Assembly (NCBI GenBank): GCA_037200925.1
Contig: JBBCGO010000001.1
Span: forward strand, 888,235 to 952,234
Length of the DNA stretch: 64,000 nt
From: Candidatus Doudnabacteria bacterium
GTDB taxonomy: Bacteria; Patescibacteriota; Doudnabacteria; UBA920; O2-02-FULL-48-8
Direction: 5' to 3'
Shown: positions 8,226-17,534 of the stretch, piece after piece
Position numbering within the stretch: the stretch's first letter is position 1
Layout: each line of letters starts with the position of its first letter
Made by a program: the position numbers and the translations under genes
Notes under the pieces: generated by a model
The model's database searches: none
Told to the model about the DNA's origin: nothing
What the model saw: the letters and a program-made list of their open reading frames with translations, nothing else

Positions 8226-10266
8226 TTACTCCAAGTGCACTAATGGCTGCGCCTGGATTTTTTGCTTCAAAAGAGGATAAGGATTTAAATTGATATCCTC
8301 ATTCAAAAGCTTTTCGGCATACACACGAGTCCGCTGGACCAGATCCAGATTCGTAAGATTGGCAATTTTGAAGTCATAACCTGACTGTTTCGTACCATAC
8401 AGATCGCCGGCTCCCCGGATCTGCAGGTCTTTTTCCGCCAGTTCAAACCCGTTGTTGCTTTCGACCAGGGCCTGTAATCGGGGATTGGCCAAGGAGTCCG
8501 GGTCGTCAGAAAACAGAAAACAATACGATTTATGTTCGCTTCGTCCCACCCGTCCGCGGAACTGGTGAAGCTGGGCCAGGCCGAAGCGCTCAGAACCTTC
8601 GATCATCATGACTGTGGCGTTGGGCACATCAACCCCGACTTCAATCACGGAGGTGGAAACCAAAATTTTTATAATATTGTCTTTGAACTGCTGCATAGTT
8701 TGTTCTTTGTCCGAAGGTCTCATTTTGCCGTGCAGCAGTCCGATTTTGAAGTTTGGAAAAATTTGCTCCGTCAGTTTTTTATATTCTGCGGCGGCGGATC
8801 TCACGCCCAATTTGTCCGACTCTTCGATCAGCGGACAGATCACAAAGGCCTGCCGGCCGGCTGAAATTTGCTTCGCTATAAATTCATAAGCCTTGGTCCG
8901 GTTTTCTTCCGATACTATTTTGGTTACGATCTTCTGCCGGCCGGCCGGCAGCTCTTTCAGCCGAGACAGATCCAGGTCGCCATAAAGCGTCAGCGCCAGG
9001 GTGCGGGGGATGGGCGTTGCGCTCATGGTCAGCAAATGGGTATTGTTGAGCTGTTTTAAAATAGAGCGCTGTTCAACTCCGAACCGATGCTGTTCGTCTA
9101 TCACGACCAATGCCAGTTTTGAAAATTTGATGTCTTTTTCCAGCAAAGCGTGAGTGCCTAAAATGATCTTCGTCTTGCCGGAAGTGATGGCGGCCAAGAG
9201 CGTATCTTTGGAAACCGGATTGCCGTTCAGGCGGCTTTGGGATGAGGTCAAAAGGCCCAGATCAAACCCGTCGTTTTTAAAAAGCTCAAGAAAGGTAGCG
9301 TAATGCTGGGAGGCCAGGATCTCGGTCGGGGAGAGCAAGGCCGTTTGCAGGCTGTTTTTGGCAACCACAAAGCTTGCCAGTGCGACAATAATGGTTTTGC
9401 CGCTTCCGACATCGCCTTCCAGCAGCCGATTGGCGGGATAAGGGCGGGAAAAATCCGCAATGATCTCGGTCAGAGCGGTTTTTTTGTCCTTCTGTGAGGC
9501 CAAAAGGCAGGCTGCTTATTTTCTCCGTCAGGTCAATACCGGTGTTAATTTTTAGGGAAGATCTCTGCTCGCGTTTTTTTTTTGTATTGCAGAACCCGCA
9601 ACTGGGTCTTGAAAATTTCATCAAATGCCAGCCGGTTCTGAGCATGATTCAGCGAACCGTAATCTTGGGGGAAATGGAAAGTTTTAACTGCCCGGTTTTC
9701 ATCCGATAATTTTTCGGTTTTCAATATTTCTCTCGGCAGATATTCGGGAATCATGATCTTATCCAGATAAGTTTTGATTATGGAGCGAAGTTGTTTTTGC
9801 GTCAGATTAGCGGTCAGGGAATAAAGCGGAACGAGGCGTGAAGTGTGGATCTGTTCGTTTTTTTCCTGCTCGTAAATTGGATTTTGAAGCTGCAGCTTGT
9901 TTTTACTGACAGCGACCTTTCCGGAAAAAATAAAATACTCGTTTTTTTTGAGCACTTTGGCCAAAAACGGCTGATGAACCAAACGCAAAGCATGCTTGCT
10001 GAATCGTCCTCGATCAAAGCCTGCGTCAGGGTAAAACGGCGCACTTTGGTACGGAAGCTTTTGACATCCAGGATTTTGGCTTTGACATTGGCGTTGTCTC
10101 CTGCTTTCAGATCGGCGATCGAAGTGAACTTTGACAGATCCTGGTGGGTGCGGGGAAAATAAAAAAGCAGGTCCTCAAGCGTGTTGATGCCAAGGTTTTT
10201 TAAAAGCTTAGCGCGCGCCGGACCCACTAAGTAAAGTTGTTCTACTGGGGTATTAAGATCAAACAT
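8226..10266 (-). pseudogene. recG: ATP-dependent DNA helicase RecG, interrupted by two frameshifts (pseudogene or homopolymer sequencing errors).
   Basis: Three collinear minus-strand ORFs cover the wedge/N-terminal domain (10266..9814), a middle part (9988..9545) and the helicase core (9503..8226; 'DVGSGKT', 'VIDEQHRFG', 'QLHQFRGRVGR'). T10 (9574-9583) and T8 (9942-9949) homopolymers lie at the frame changes. Confidence 0.6.
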
Positions 10267-10281
10267 TGTTAACGGTATTCT

Positions 10282-10356
10282 TGGTGCGCCCGCGAGGAAT
10301 CGAACCTCGATTACAAGCTCCGCAAGCTTGAGTCCTATCCGTTGAACGACGGGCGC
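10282..10356 (-). tRNA. tRNA-Arg (anticodon GCG).
   Basis: Reverse complement GCGCCCG...CGGGCGCACCA with a 7-bp acceptor stem, T-arm CGAGG-TTCGATT-CCTCG, anticodon loop TTGCGGA and encoded CCA. Confidence 0.8.
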
Positions 10357-10372
10357 TCGTCGCTAAATCTTA

Positions 10373-10852
10373 TCAAATCTTCAGGTTTCTGGCCAGAGTG
10401 TCCGTGAATGACTCTTCGCGGTCCAGATCTTCAGGGATATATTGATTCAAAAATAATTTTAGTTCCACCGGATCCTGGCTGCCCAATTCCAGGCTGATCT
10501 GGCTGTTCAGGTAAGCCGAAGTCTCAAAATTCAAAGTTTTTACAGTCGGCGGGTTGTAAATGATCCAGAAAGTTTTAACGGTTTTGTAGGGATAAACAAT
10601 GCCGCCCGAAACGATGCCCGTTTTGCTGGCTTTAAAGATCAAGGTTTTGGGTTGCTGTGAGGTGAACAGCAAAACCGAGAAGATGATGACCACGAAAGTT
10701 ACGACCATGAGAATACTGTGGTTATATATGCCGAAAATAATCAATGCGAGAGAGATGAATCCAAAACTTAAATACCAAACGGGCGGCCGTGATTGCCTCG
10801 TTTGGCTTAAAGCTTTCCAGGTTATGGTTTCGGGAAGTTTTTTATTTTCCAT
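10373..10852 (-). CDS. Small membrane protein (two TM helices), function unknown.
   Basis: The ORF-track start at 10900 would overlap tRNA-Ser; its first 16 codons are a tRNA antisense translation (FESRPH). The likely start is the Met at 10852 (MENKKLP...). Confidence 0.4.
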   Translation of the reverse strand: MENKKLPETITWKALSQTRQSRPPVWYLSFGFISLALIIFGIYNHSILMVVTFVVIIFSVLLFTSQQPKTLIFKASKTGIVSGGIVYPYKTVKTFWIIYNPPTVKTLNFETSAYLNSQISLELGSQDPVELKLFLNQYIPEDLDREESFTDTLARNLKI

Positions 10853-10859
10853 AAATTTT

Positions 10860-10949
10860 TGGCGGTGGGGGCGAGATTCGAACTCGCGGTCGGCTTTCAC
10901 CGACTCCGGTTTTCAAGACCGGTGCACTAAACCGCTATGCGACCCCACC
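10860..10949 (-). tRNA. tRNA-Ser (anticodon UGA), type II with a long variable arm.
   Basis: Reverse complement GGTGGGG...CCCCACCGCCA with anticodon loop CTTGAAA, variable arm GTCGGTGAAAGCCGAC and T-arm GCGAG-TTCGAAT-CTCGC. Confidence 0.8.
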
Positions 10950-11078
10950 GCATTAATTTTACCATTATTTTGATAGATAAGAAAAGACCCGCGTTTCCGC
11001 GGCCTTTTCCTCATATGAGTTTCTTTCCTTAGACGAATTTAATTATGGACAATCCATAATTAGAAAATTTAAATACGC

Positions 11079-12143
11079 TTACTGTGAGGCAGGAGTGGTG
11101 TCTGCGGCTGGGGTTTCAGTTTTAGCATCATCAACTGGTTTAGAATCGGATGTTTTAGCATCAGTTGCTTTAGGGTCAGGTTGGGTAACTGTTGTAGGGT
11201 CTTGAGTTAAAGTAATTGTCTGGGCGTATGTTTTATTGTCTTTGATGATTCCGTCAATATCCACCTGTTGATCGATAGTTAGATCGGCGGCTGTTGTATT
11301 TACGTATGCCGTATCTTTGGAAACCAGGAATTTGGCCGAGCCAATGCTGACATAGGTGTTTGTTACGGCGGTAAGTTTGCCTTGCGCCGAAACCGAATTA
11401 TCAGAGCTATTGGAATTGTCATCTGCTTTTGCGCCAGCCAGCTGGATGTTCGCAATAGTTTGTTCCAGTTCGATCTTGACCTCGCCTTCGCTGGTAATGG
11501 AAGCAACCTTGAGCTTGTTGGAAAGATCCGCGAGCTTGGTGGCAATTGCGGCCTTCGGCTGCTGACCGCTTGCATTAGCTGCAGCAGTTGCGGTTTTTTG
11601 CAGGTCCTTAACGGTGTCAGACACGATCTTTTGGGCTGTTTTGTCCGAGATCTGGCCGTCCTGCTGCTGTTGCAGGACCTGCTGGAGCTCGTCCACGCGA
11701 TTGTTGGCAAACTGGATCTGCAGGGAAGATTGCTGGTCAGCCGGAGCCAGTTTCAACTGGATATTTTCAACCACTTTTTTCAGCGGATATATTGCTTGTC
11801 CAGGCACGCTGTTTAAGGCAGCTACAGACGTACCCAAGGTCAGGCTGATAACGATCAAAACGCTGCCCAGGACCACGGTGCCGATGCGCAGCAACCTTGG
11901 GACGGTTGCTACGAACCATCCGGATTCTTGTCTATCCTCTTGGCGAGCAGCAATGCGGTCAAGGATCTGGTTTTTCACCCGCATAAAATCAAAATTTGGG
12001 ATATGGGCTTTGGGCAGGCTGTTGAGTTGCGAAAGCAAAGTTAGCAATCCGGAAGTTTTGCGGTCTTTTTTATAATCAGAAACATCGCCGTTAGTTTTCA
12101 AACGGTCGATGATCTCATCAAGTTTGTCCTGGTCTGGTTCCAT
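11079..12143 (-). CDS. Membrane-anchored anti-sigma-factor-like protein, downstream partner of the ECF sigma factor.
   Basis: Its start is 2 nt from the sigma gene stop (12143/12145). It has one TM helix ('IGTVVLGSVLIVISLTLG'), a coiled-coil and Q-rich extracytoplasmic domain and an acidic Thr/Asp-rich tail. Confidence 0.4.
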   Translation of the reverse strand: MEPDQDKLDEIIDRLKTNGDVSDYKKDRKTSGLLTLLSQLNSLPKAHIPNFDFMRVKNQILDRIAARQEDRQESGWFVATVPRLLRIGTVVLGSVLIVISLTLGTSVAALNSVPGQAIYPLKKVVENIQLKLAPADQQSSLQIQFANNRVDELQQVLQQQQDGQISDKTAQKIVSDTVKDLQKTATAAANASGQQPKAAIATKLADLSNKLKVASITSEGEVKIELEQTIANIQLAGAKADDNSNSSDNSVSAQGKLTAVTNTYVSIGSAKFLVSKDTAYVNTTAADLTIDQQVDIDGIIKDNKTYAQTITLTQDPTTVTQPDPKATDAKTSDSKPVDDAKTETPAADTTPASQ

Positions 12144-12144
12144 A

Positions 12145-12684
12145 TTATTGCTTATTTTTCAAAAGTTCTTTAAGTTTCGCAATTGCGCGGTGCTGAAGCA
12201 CTCGGACTGAGCCTTCGGTCTTTCCCATAATATAGGAAATTTCTTCATTTGAAAGGTCTTCAAAAAATCTGTATTTGATGATTTGCTGCTGATCCTGCGG
12301 GAGTTGGTTCAGGACATTGAGGATCTTGTTCTGCTGAAAGCTGAGATTCACGGAATCAACTGAACTGGCTTCATCTACCAAAAATTCTTCCACTTCTGAC
12401 AGGGCGATCAGTTCCTTTTTCAACCTATAGTAATCTATAATGTTGTTTTTGGCAATCTGGTAGAGCCACCCTGACAGGGCGCCGGGGGAATTGATCTGAT
12501 TGATCTTCTCCCAGCTTTTGACAAAAGTATCGGATAAAACGTCCTCTGCCACTTCTTTGTGGCCGACCCGGAAGTAGATGAACCGGTAGATCTTATCGGC
12601 AAAGTGGTCATAGATCCGGCCAAATGCGTCTTGGTCGCCGGATTGCGCCTTTTGCAGCCAATTTTTTAATTCTTCTTCCGTCAT
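12145..12684 (-). CDS. ECF-subfamily RNA polymerase sigma-70 factor (sigma-24 type).
   Basis: Region 2 'FGRIYDHFADKIYRFIYFRV', 'YQIAKNNIIDYYR', and region 4 'LSNEEISYIMGKTEGSVRVLQHRAIAKLK'. Confidence 0.75.
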   Translation of the reverse strand: MTEEELKNWLQKAQSGDQDAFGRIYDHFADKIYRFIYFRVGHKEVAEDVLSDTFVKSWEKINQINSPGALSGWLYQIAKNNIIDYYRLKKELIALSEVEEFLVDEASSVDSVNLSFQQNKILNVLNQLPQDQQQIIKYRFFEDLSNEEISYIMGKTEGSVRVLQHRAIAKLKELLKNKQ

Positions 12685-12795
12685 AGTTTAAGACGATTAT
12701 TCAGGTAAAATGTTACAAAGCCAGATTTTATTTTACCATAAATTGCGTAAATTGACTTTTAACCCAATTTAAGCCAAAATTAGCTGTAATAACTC

Positions 12796-12849
12796 TGTCA
12801 TTCCGGACTTGATCCGGAATCCAGATCCTGAAACAAGTTCAGGATGACA
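12796..12849. repeat. MITE/RPE-like palindromic element, copy A (two hairpin modules bounded by TGTCAT...ATGACA).
   Basis: tgtcattccggacttgatccggaatcc (stem attccgg/ccggaat) followed by gatcctgaaacaagttcaggatgaca (stem atcctgaa/ttcaggat). Homologous modules recur at 24080-24104 and 33804-33876. Confidence 0.6.
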
Positions 12850-12858
12850 GGGCGACGA

Positions 12859-12950
12859 GGAGAGTTGGCCGAGTGGCTTAAGGCAGTGGATTGCTAATCC
12901 ACGGGTGTCTAAAAAACGCCGCACAGGTTCGAATCCTGTACTCTCCGCCA
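12859..12950 (+). tRNA. tRNA-Ser (anticodon GCU), type II.
   Basis: GGAGAGT...ACTCTCCGCCA with anticodon loop TTGCTAA, a long variable arm and T-arm CAGGTTCGAATCCTG. Confidence 0.85.
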
Positions 12951-13112
12951 ATAAGAATTAGATGAATTTAATCGGATTCGAACGGGTTGAAGCGAGACAA
13001 GTCATCAGACGAAGTCGAGCGTCGACAAACGCGAGCAAGCGCAGCGTTTGGCGCAACCCAGTCCGCGCGAGCATCAGCGAGCGCTGAAGAATCCTGTACT
13101 CTCCGCCAATAA
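12931..13112. repeat. 24-nt perfect direct repeat of the tRNA-Ser(GCU) 3' end (12931-12954 and 13089-13112) flanking a 134-bp G+C-rich insert.
   Basis: gaatcctgtactctccgccaataa occurs twice. This is att-site-like duplication of a tRNA 3' end. The intervening segment contains the 18-mer GGATTCGAACGGGTTGAA, also found at 41245-41262. Confidence 0.6.
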
Positions 13113-13126
13113 AATTTAAGTTTACA

Positions 13127-13333
13127 ATGAATAAAAGGCATACAGTGTATCACAAAGACGGCAGTGTTTGGGCCAAAGGTAAAATGTCGGGCAGCGTACC
13201 GGATGGTTATTGGGAATGGTTCCGGAAAGACAGGACAAAAATGCGGTCCGGATATTTTAAAAAAGGCAAACAAACCGGAAAATGGACCACTTATGATAGA
13301 ACCGGAAAAGTGGTCAAGGTAACTAATTTTTAA
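13127..13333 (+). CDS. Small MORN-variant/YwqK-like repeat protein.
   Basis: 68 aa with repeated G-x-W-x-x-Y/W motifs (DGSVWAKGKM..GYWEWFRKD..SGYFKKGKQTGKWTTYDRTGKV). Confidence 0.4.
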   Translation: MNKRHTVYHKDGSVWAKGKMSGSVPDGYWEWFRKDRTKMRSGYFKKGKQTGKWTTYDRTGKVVKVTNF

Positions 13334-13345
13334 TTTTTTTGGACC

Positions 13346-14056
13346 TTACCCGTGCGCGGCGGTCAGGAGCCAGACTTCCTGTGCGTGATCATGTTTCAAA
13401 AGTTTTGCCAGTTCATTGGCTGTAGATCCTGAAGTGACCACATCATCCACCAGCAGGATCTTTTTGTTTGATGCATCGCCGATCAAACCAAAGGCGTTTT
13501 CCATGTTACGTTTTCGTTCTTCTGCTTTGAGTTTGACTTGCGGCTTTGTGAATTTTTGTCGCAACACAAGTTTATTGTCCACGTTGAGTTGCAGGTTTTC
13601 AGCAAGTTTACCGGCTAATAATTCTGCCTGATTGAAGCCGCGCCAGTTGAAGCGACGGGCATGCAATGGCACTGGAACAATGGTAAAGTCCCGGAAATAT
13701 TCGGCCAGCTCCTGCTTTTTTATCTCTTCCAAAATTGTTTCAGCCAGAGGAAGGCTTAGGTCGGAAATAAAGTTGTATTTGAAAGTCTCAATGATCTTAT
13801 TGACTTGCCGGTCTTTGTAGGGAAGAGCTGCAATACTGCCGTCTATTGTGTTTTTGGTTTTGCAACTAAGGTGCGTTTTGCCGAAAGGCGAAGCTGTCTG
13901 GCAGACAAGGCACTGCTGCTTATCCAATCTCGGCAATTCCGTAAGGCACTTATCGCAAAGATACAAGCCGTCCGCGCCGCAGAGGAGGCAAGAGATCGGA
14001 AAAAGCAGGTCAAGAAATTCTTGGCCTGCTTTTTTGAGGATATTTTTTACATCCAT
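13346..14056 (-). CDS. comF: ComF-family protein (double zinc-ribbon plus phosphoribosyltransferase domain).
   Basis: CxxC pairs at the N-terminus (CLLCGADGLYLCDKC, CLVCQ) and PRTase motif 'ILLVDDVVTSGSTANE'. Confidence 0.65.
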   Translation of the reverse strand: MDVKNILKKAGQEFLDLLFPISCLLCGADGLYLCDKCLTELPRLDKQQCLVCQTASPFGKTHLSCKTKNTIDGSIAALPYKDRQVNKIIETFKYNFISDLSLPLAETILEEIKKQELAEYFRDFTIVPVPLHARRFNWRGFNQAELLAGKLAENLQLNVDNKLVLRQKFTKPQVKLKAEERKRNMENAFGLIGDASNKKILLVDDVVTSGSTANELAKLLKHDHAQEVWLLTAAHG

Positions 14057-16576
14057 TTATGCCCGTGCTAATTCAACCTGTTTGATCTGGATAGCATCAT
14101 TAGCAACCGTGATCTTCGCCTCCGACATTTCGGCGATTTCACCGGTAATGATCTTTTCAGCCAGAGTGTCTTCGATCGTTTCCTGAATGTTGCGGCGGAT
14201 GAGACGCGCGCCTTGCGCCGGATCGTAACTTTTATCCGCTATGAACTTCAGCACTTCGCGGTCAAATGATAGGGTTATATTTTGCTGTTTTAATATCCGC
14301 TCCACCAGCCGGTTCAGTTCCAGGCTGACGATCTTCCGGATCTCTTCCATTCCCAAGGGGCGGAAAACAATGATCTTGTCGATACGATTGAGAAGCTCGG
14401 GCCGCATAGCCTCGCGCAGCGAAGATAAAACCTTGTCTTTCACCCGGTCGTATTCATGTTCGGCTTTTACCCGCACGTCCTCCTCGGTTTGGGTATTGCG
14501 GTCCTGCGAAAAGCCAAAGCTGCCGGCAGTGCGGGTCAGTTCGCTCATTCCGATGTTGGAGGTCATGATGACCACAGTGTTGCGGAAGTTGATCCTTTTT
14601 CCCGCCGCATCCGTCAGCTCGCCCTCTTCCAGGATCTGTAAAAGAATGTTGAATACGTCAGGGTGCGCTTTTTCAATTTCATCGAACAGGATCACGGCAT
14701 AGGGTTTTTTGCGTATCTCTTCGGTCAGCCGGCCGCCTTCCTCATAGCCAACGTAGCCGGCTGGCGCGCCGATCAATCTTGCCACATTGTGCCGTTCCAT
14801 GAATTCGGACATATCCACGCGCACCAGAGCGTCTTTGTTCTCAAACACTTCTTCAGCCAAAGCCTTGGCGGTCTCGGTCTTTCCCACGCCCGTAGGGCCT
14901 AAGAAAAGGAAAGAGGCGATAGGCCGTTTGGGTGAGGCGATACCTGCTCTGGAGCGCCTGATGGCCGAAGCGATCTGTTTGGTGGCCTCGTCCTGGCCCA
15001 CGATGCGGGTCTGCAGGGTTTTTTCCAGGCCGATAAGTTTTTTGCTCTCGGATTTTAGAAGTTTGGTCAGCGGGATCTTTGTGATATTAGAAACAGTACG
15101 GCCGATATCCTCAGCAGTGATCTGTATGTTGGCGGAGGTCTTGCGGCCCAGGGTTTTTTGGTATTCCTGTTTCTGTTTTTTCAGCTTGTCTTCCTGCGAC
15201 TTTAAATGCAGCGCTGTGGTGAAATCCTGCAGCATCACAGCTTTGGTCTTTTCCTCTTCCAGGCGCTTCAGTTCACTTTCGATCTTTTTCACGACCCGGA
15301 TATTGCGGGTCTTGGTGTTCAAAGTTTTGCTGTACGCCGCGGTTTCGTCGATCAGGTCCAGGGCCTTATCGGGCAGAAAACGGTCGGTCAGATAACGGGA
15401 CGACAGTTCCACAGCCGCTTTGATGGCTTCATCTGTGATCACGACATTATGGTGGCGCTCGTAATTTTCCCGAAGGCCACTTAAGATCTCCAAAGATTCT
15501 TCGTTGGACGGCTCTTCCACCAGGATCGGCTGGAAGCGCCTTTCCAGCGCCGCATCATGCTCAATGTGTTTTTTATATTCAGAAAGGGTTGTGGCCCCGA
15601 TCACTCGGATCTCGCCGCGGGCCAGCGCAGGCTTTAAGATATTGGCCGCATCCAAAGAACCGGTCGTAGCTCCTGCTCCGACAATGGTGTGCAGTTCGTC
15701 AATGAATAAAATGATGTTTGAATTGTCCCTGACTTCATCGATAACTTGTTTTAAACGTTGTTCAAATTCTCCGCGGAACATAGAGCCGGCCACGACCAGC
15801 GCCATGTCCAAAGTCAGGATCTTTTTATCAGCCAGCGTATCCGGGATCTCCTGTTTGGAAATGGCCAGAGCCAGGCCTTCAACGATCGCGGTTTTGCCGA
15901 CCCCCGGTTCGCCGATCAGCACGGGGTTATTTTTGGTGCGGCGATTAAGAATGGAGATCAGGCGTTCTATCTCGTTCTTGCGGCCGATGACCGGATCGAT
16001 CTTGCCCTTCAGAGCTTTTTTGGAAAGGTCCGAGGTGAAATAATCCAGAGCCGGCGTCTTGGTATTTTTTTCAGGAGCGGGCAATTCCGCCTGCTCGTCG
16101 ACATTCAGCAGATCGGGAAACCTGGAAACATTCTCAAAAATTGACAGCAGATTTTTCCGCAGCTCAGACACTGAAACTTTCAGACCCAGCAGCATGGTTT
16201 TCGCTTCGTCGGTCTCCATGTCCGTGATCCCATACAAAAAGTGCTCAGTGCCGATGAACTGGTATTGGTAGCGGCTGGCGATGATGGCGGCCTTCTCAAT
16301 GACCTCGCGCAGATTGTTGGAGAGCTTCGGCTGCCATTTATCAGAGATATGGTTTTGGTTCAGGCTGATGATCTGCTGCTTGACGGTTTCGCCGTTCACG
16401 CGGCTTTTCAGCAGGATTTCCGAGGCAAACGAAGCCTTCTCCTCTACGATGCCGTAAAGCAGATGCTCGGTACCGATGTGGTCATGGTGCAGATCTTCGG
16501 AAATGCGCTGTGAAGTTATCAAGGCGCTTTTCGCCCGACTGGATAGCCGTTCTAGAATAAATGAAAAGTGGTTCAT
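14057..16576 (-). CDS. clpC: ClpC/ClpB-family AAA+ chaperone (Clp ATPase with two nucleotide-binding domains).
   Basis: Duplicated Clp-N repeats, D1 Walker A 'GEPGVGKT', D2 'GPTGVGKT', sensor 'GARLIRR', 839 aa. The short middle domain favours ClpC over ClpB. Confidence 0.8.
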   Translation of the reverse strand: MNHFSFILERLSSRAKSALITSQRISEDLHHDHIGTEHLLYGIVEEKASFASEILLKSRVNGETVKQQIISLNQNHISDKWQPKLSNNLREVIEKAAIIASRYQYQFIGTEHFLYGITDMETDEAKTMLLGLKVSVSELRKNLLSIFENVSRFPDLLNVDEQAELPAPEKNTKTPALDYFTSDLSKKALKGKIDPVIGRKNEIERLISILNRRTKNNPVLIGEPGVGKTAIVEGLALAISKQEIPDTLADKKILTLDMALVVAGSMFRGEFEQRLKQVIDEVRDNSNIILFIDELHTIVGAGATTGSLDAANILKPALARGEIRVIGATTLSEYKKHIEHDAALERRFQPILVEEPSNEESLEILSGLRENYERHHNVVITDEAIKAAVELSSRYLTDRFLPDKALDLIDETAAYSKTLNTKTRNIRVVKKIESELKRLEEEKTKAVMLQDFTTALHLKSQEDKLKKQKQEYQKTLGRKTSANIQITAEDIGRTVSNITKIPLTKLLKSESKKLIGLEKTLQTRIVGQDEATKQIASAIRRSRAGIASPKRPIASFLFLGPTGVGKTETAKALAEEVFENKDALVRVDMSEFMERHNVARLIGAPAGYVGYEEGGRLTEEIRKKPYAVILFDEIEKAHPDVFNILLQILEEGELTDAAGKRINFRNTVVIMTSNIGMSELTRTAGSFGFSQDRNTQTEEDVRVKAEHEYDRVKDKVLSSLREAMRPELLNRIDKIIVFRPLGMEEIRKIVSLELNRLVERILKQQNITLSFDREVLKFIADKSYDPAQGARLIRRNIQETIEDTLAEKIITGEIAEMSEAKITVANDAIQIKQVELARA

Positions 16577-16621
16577 AAAGGGTTATACTATATATGTATT
16601 ATACCATGTGTGTCAAGCCAT

Positions 16622-17041
16622 ATGAATATCGAAGAAAAAGCCAAAAGTTTGCTTAAGATCCGGCCTCACCATTCGGAAGAACTGGCGAAAAAACTTCTGA
16701 TGCGCGGTTTTGACCGTGAGCAGGTCAATGCCGTTATTGCTAAATTAACAGATGAAAAGCTGATTGACAATCAGCAGTTTGCACAAAATTATTTGGACAG
16801 TTTGATAAGATATAAAAGTTTTGGTTTCTACGGTCTCAAGGCCAAACTGATGCAGCGGGGGATTGATGGCAAAGATGCGGAAGCTTTGTTGAAAGAAAAT
16901 TTGCCCATTGAGACAGAAAAAGAAATCGCCCTGAAAGCGGTTGAAAAATCGCAAGAAAAAGATAAAGCGAAACTGGCTCAAAAATTGTCCAGGAAAGGGT
17001 TTCGGAGCGAGGTGATTAGGGAAGTGGTCAAAACAAAATGA
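16622..17041 (+). CDS. recX: RecX regulatory protein.
   Basis: Repeated three-helix RecX motif 'LLMRGFDREQVNAVIAKL...IDNQQFAQNYLDS'. The ORF-track start at 16568 extends into the clpC overlap, so the Met at 16622 is preferred. Confidence 0.65.
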   Translation: MNIEEKAKSLLKIRPHHSEELAKKLLMRGFDREQVNAVIAKLTDEKLIDNQQFAQNYLDSLIRYKSFGFYGLKAKLMQRGIDGKDAEALLKENLPIETEKEIALKAVEKSQEKDKAKLAQKLSRKGFRSEVIREVVKTK

Positions 17042-17082
17042 TTATGATAGCATAAGCAAACAAAACAGAAGAAGGGATTTGT

Positions 17083-17430
17083 ATGGATGTAGATGCGGTC
17101 ATCAAATACCTGCAGGTGACGCAGCAGGATTTGAGTTGGATCACTCCGCCAAATTGGTCAGGACGCCGATATGTCGCTTATGAGATCTATGGAACTTTTA
17201 GAATAAGCGGATTTAACCGGTCATGCCCGCTGTCGCGGATCATAGATCAAGGCGTAGATCGATTAAATAGATTTGTGCCAGTCCCGGAACAAAAAAGGAT
17301 CATCCAGGCTTCTTTTGCGGTAACAGATTTTTTTGATCTTACTTCGAACCACAACACGATGCTTCGAAGAATTAGCCGTCAAGAACTGGAATTTGAAGTT
17401 TCGACGCATCCATTTTTGCCGTTCACATAA
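17083..17430 (+). CDS. Hypothetical protein.
   Basis: 115-aa ORF with a terminator hairpin downstream (17432-17458). No recognisable domain. Confidence 0.3.
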   Translation: MDVDAVIKYLQVTQQDLSWITPPNWSGRRYVAYEIYGTFRISGFNRSCPLSRIIDQGVDRLNRFVPVPEQKRIIQASFAVTDFFDLTSNHNTMLRRISRQELEFEVSTHPFLPFT

Positions 17431-17470
17431 GAGAAAGCGCTGTGCTTTTCTCTTTTTTATTACTGCATTT

Positions 17471-17500
17471 GCTCATGACTTTAGTCATGAGCATGCTCAG
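17471..17500. repeat. Palindromic motif built from GTCATGAGC/GCTCATGAC units, copy 1.
   Basis: gctcatgac-ttta-gtcatgagc-at-gctcag. It shares at least a 16-nt core with the perfect 22-nt palindrome at 37639-37660 and lies at the edge of the G+C-rich island. Confidence 0.6.
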
Positions 17501-17534
17501 TAGCAAAAAAAGAGCCAACCGCTTGCGCAGTTGG

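Noticed and set aside
10853-10900. N-terminal extension MKADREFESRPHRQKF of the ORF at 10373..10900.
   Set aside because: It overlaps tRNA-Ser(UGA), and FESRPH is antisense tRNA sequence. The start was moved to the Met at 10852.
12769-12951. 60-aa minus-strand ORF (…CHPELVSGSGFRIKSGMTE…) overlapping tRNA-Ser(GCU) and the palindromic element.
   Set aside because: It is a translation artefact. It runs antisense through a tRNA gene, and its peptide text is simply the reading of the repeat hairpins.
12974-12991. 18-mer GGATTCGAACGGGTTGAA as a fragment of a tRNA T-arm or pseudo-tRNA.
   Set aside because: I attempted T-stem pairing on both strands (for example ACCCG·CCCTT, or 53G-61C followed by C·C) and it fails. 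It is kept as a recurrent motif, not called a tRNA.
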